Shown here in pieces: positions 16,184-17,139 of a stretch of DNA of 17,139 nucleotides. The notes under the pieces were generated by a model. That model was given only the letters and a program-made list of their open reading frames with translations. It had not been told where the DNA came from and made no database searches. The DNA lies in NCBI GenBank assembly GCA_018238625.1, contig JABCSY010000089.1, positions 1 through 17,139 on the forward strand. The letters run 5' to 3'. The translations under genes were made by a program, and so were the position numbers. This DNA is from Promethearchaeota archaeon (lineage in GTDB: Archaea; Asgardarchaeota; Lokiarchaeia; Sigyniarchaeales; SOKP01). Every line of letters begins with the position of its first letter. The stretch's first letter is position 1.

Positions 16184-17122
16184 CTATTTATGCTTCATCT
16201 GATAAAATAAACCTCTTTCTTGTCGCACTGCTTCAATTTTACTGTCAGCTTCTAAAGTATCAAGATATTTGTTAATTTCATTAATATGCAATCCGAGAAT
16301 CTTTGTCATATCCTCAAGGGTGCAAGGTCTTCTGAATATTGTTTCAAGAATAGCGGATTCAGTATCTTTACGATAAGATTTTACATCTTTTCTCGTTGCT
16401 ACAGCAGCAATTATCTCAACATTATCAAGAGCCCAATAGTCAACAATACTTTGTAATTCAATTTTTGTTGCAGCTCTAATATTATCGATAACTCCCGGTC
16501 TGTCTAAAGTGTTAAGTTGAATTACTTCAGGATTAATTTTTTCAATTGCATTTTTCAATAAATCTAAATCAGACTTATTATCGTTCATACCTGGAATAAT
16601 AAAGACTTCGAGCCATATTTTCCCTTTAAATTCCTTACTAAAATCTACCAACCCAAGAATATAATCGTCAACATTTAAAGAATGAAAAGGTCGGTTAATC
16701 TTACTAAATGCCAAATCGGAAGCTGCATCTAACGATGGAAGAACAACATCTGCGTTAAGCAATTCTTTTCTGACCTCTTTATCACTTAACAATGTGCCAT
16801 TTGTTAAAACCGCAACAGGGATATTTGCATAATTTGTTTTTATGTGCTTAATAATATCACCAATGCGAGAATTAAGAGTTGGTTCACCTGAGCCTGAAAA
16901 AGTAATAAAATCAGGTGCAGGATTATTTTTCATAAAATCATCTAATTCTTTTATTACTCCATCATAAGGAACATATTCTTTTCTATCTACGGTTAAATTG
17001 GTAGTGCGACCGCATTCACAGTAAACGCAATTGAGTGAGCATACTTTATGAGGCACCATATCAACACCCAAAGACATTCTTAGACGACGAGACGGCACCG
17101 GACCAAAAATATATTTATACAT
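16184..17122 (-). CDS. Radical SAM protein (COG0731 / TYW1-related type) with C-terminal HTH
   Basis: FGPVPSRRL.SLGVD, the CxxxCxxC motif CSLNCVYC, TFSGSGEPTL, VLTNG and SLDA. The C-terminal RRPCTLEDM...EINKYL is HTH-like. Confidence 0.9.
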   Translation of the reverse strand: MYKYIFGPVPSRRLRMSLGVDMVPHKVCSLNCVYCECGRTTNLTVDRKEYVPYDGVIKELDDFMKNNPAPDFITFSGSGEPTLNSRIGDIIKHIKTNYANIPVAVLTNGTLLSDKEVRKELLNADVVLPSLDAASDLAFSKINRPFHSLNVDDYILGLVDFSKEFKGKIWLEVFIIPGMNDNKSDLDLLKNAIEKINPEVIQLNTLDRPGVIDNIRAATKIELQSIVDYWALDNVEIIAAVATRKDVKSYRKDTESAILETIFRRPCTLEDMTKILGLHINEINKYLDTLEADSKIEAVRQERGLFYQMKHK

Positions 17123-17139
17123 AATTGAAATTAATTTAA

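Overview
AT-rich, gene-dense window with about 18 real CDSs. I saw no rRNA, tRNA, CRISPR array, transposase or integrase. The core (~1960-16100) looks archaeal, most like Asgard/Lokiarchaeia. This is an inference from the archaeal-type DnaK insert, TATA-box promoters, oligo-T terminators and small Zn-ribbon genes. The core holds a grpE-dnaK-dnaJ-clpB heat-shock cluster, an internally repeated membrane protein, two tiny Zn-ribbon proteins, an MBL-fold hydrolase, a leucine-zipper/winged-helix protein, a membrane-anchored alpha/beta hydrolase, a divergent PadR-MFS pair, pepT, an atypical crotonase and an ECF S-component. A radical SAM gene closes the window. The first ~1.95 kb (8-oxoguanine-deaminase-like amidohydrolase, a REP-like hairpin and a HIT protein) is CpG-poorer and looks bacterial. 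It meets clpB head-on, and clpB is cut after about 62 codons at a perfect 11-bp inverted repeat, which suggests a chimeric or recombination junction. I found no unambiguous new multi-gene system. The best leads are that junction, a non-CIRCE candidate operator before grpE-dnaK, a perfect candidate PadR operator, the nine-heptad zipper-wHTH protein, the triple-repeat membrane protein and the crotonase with a rebuilt active site.
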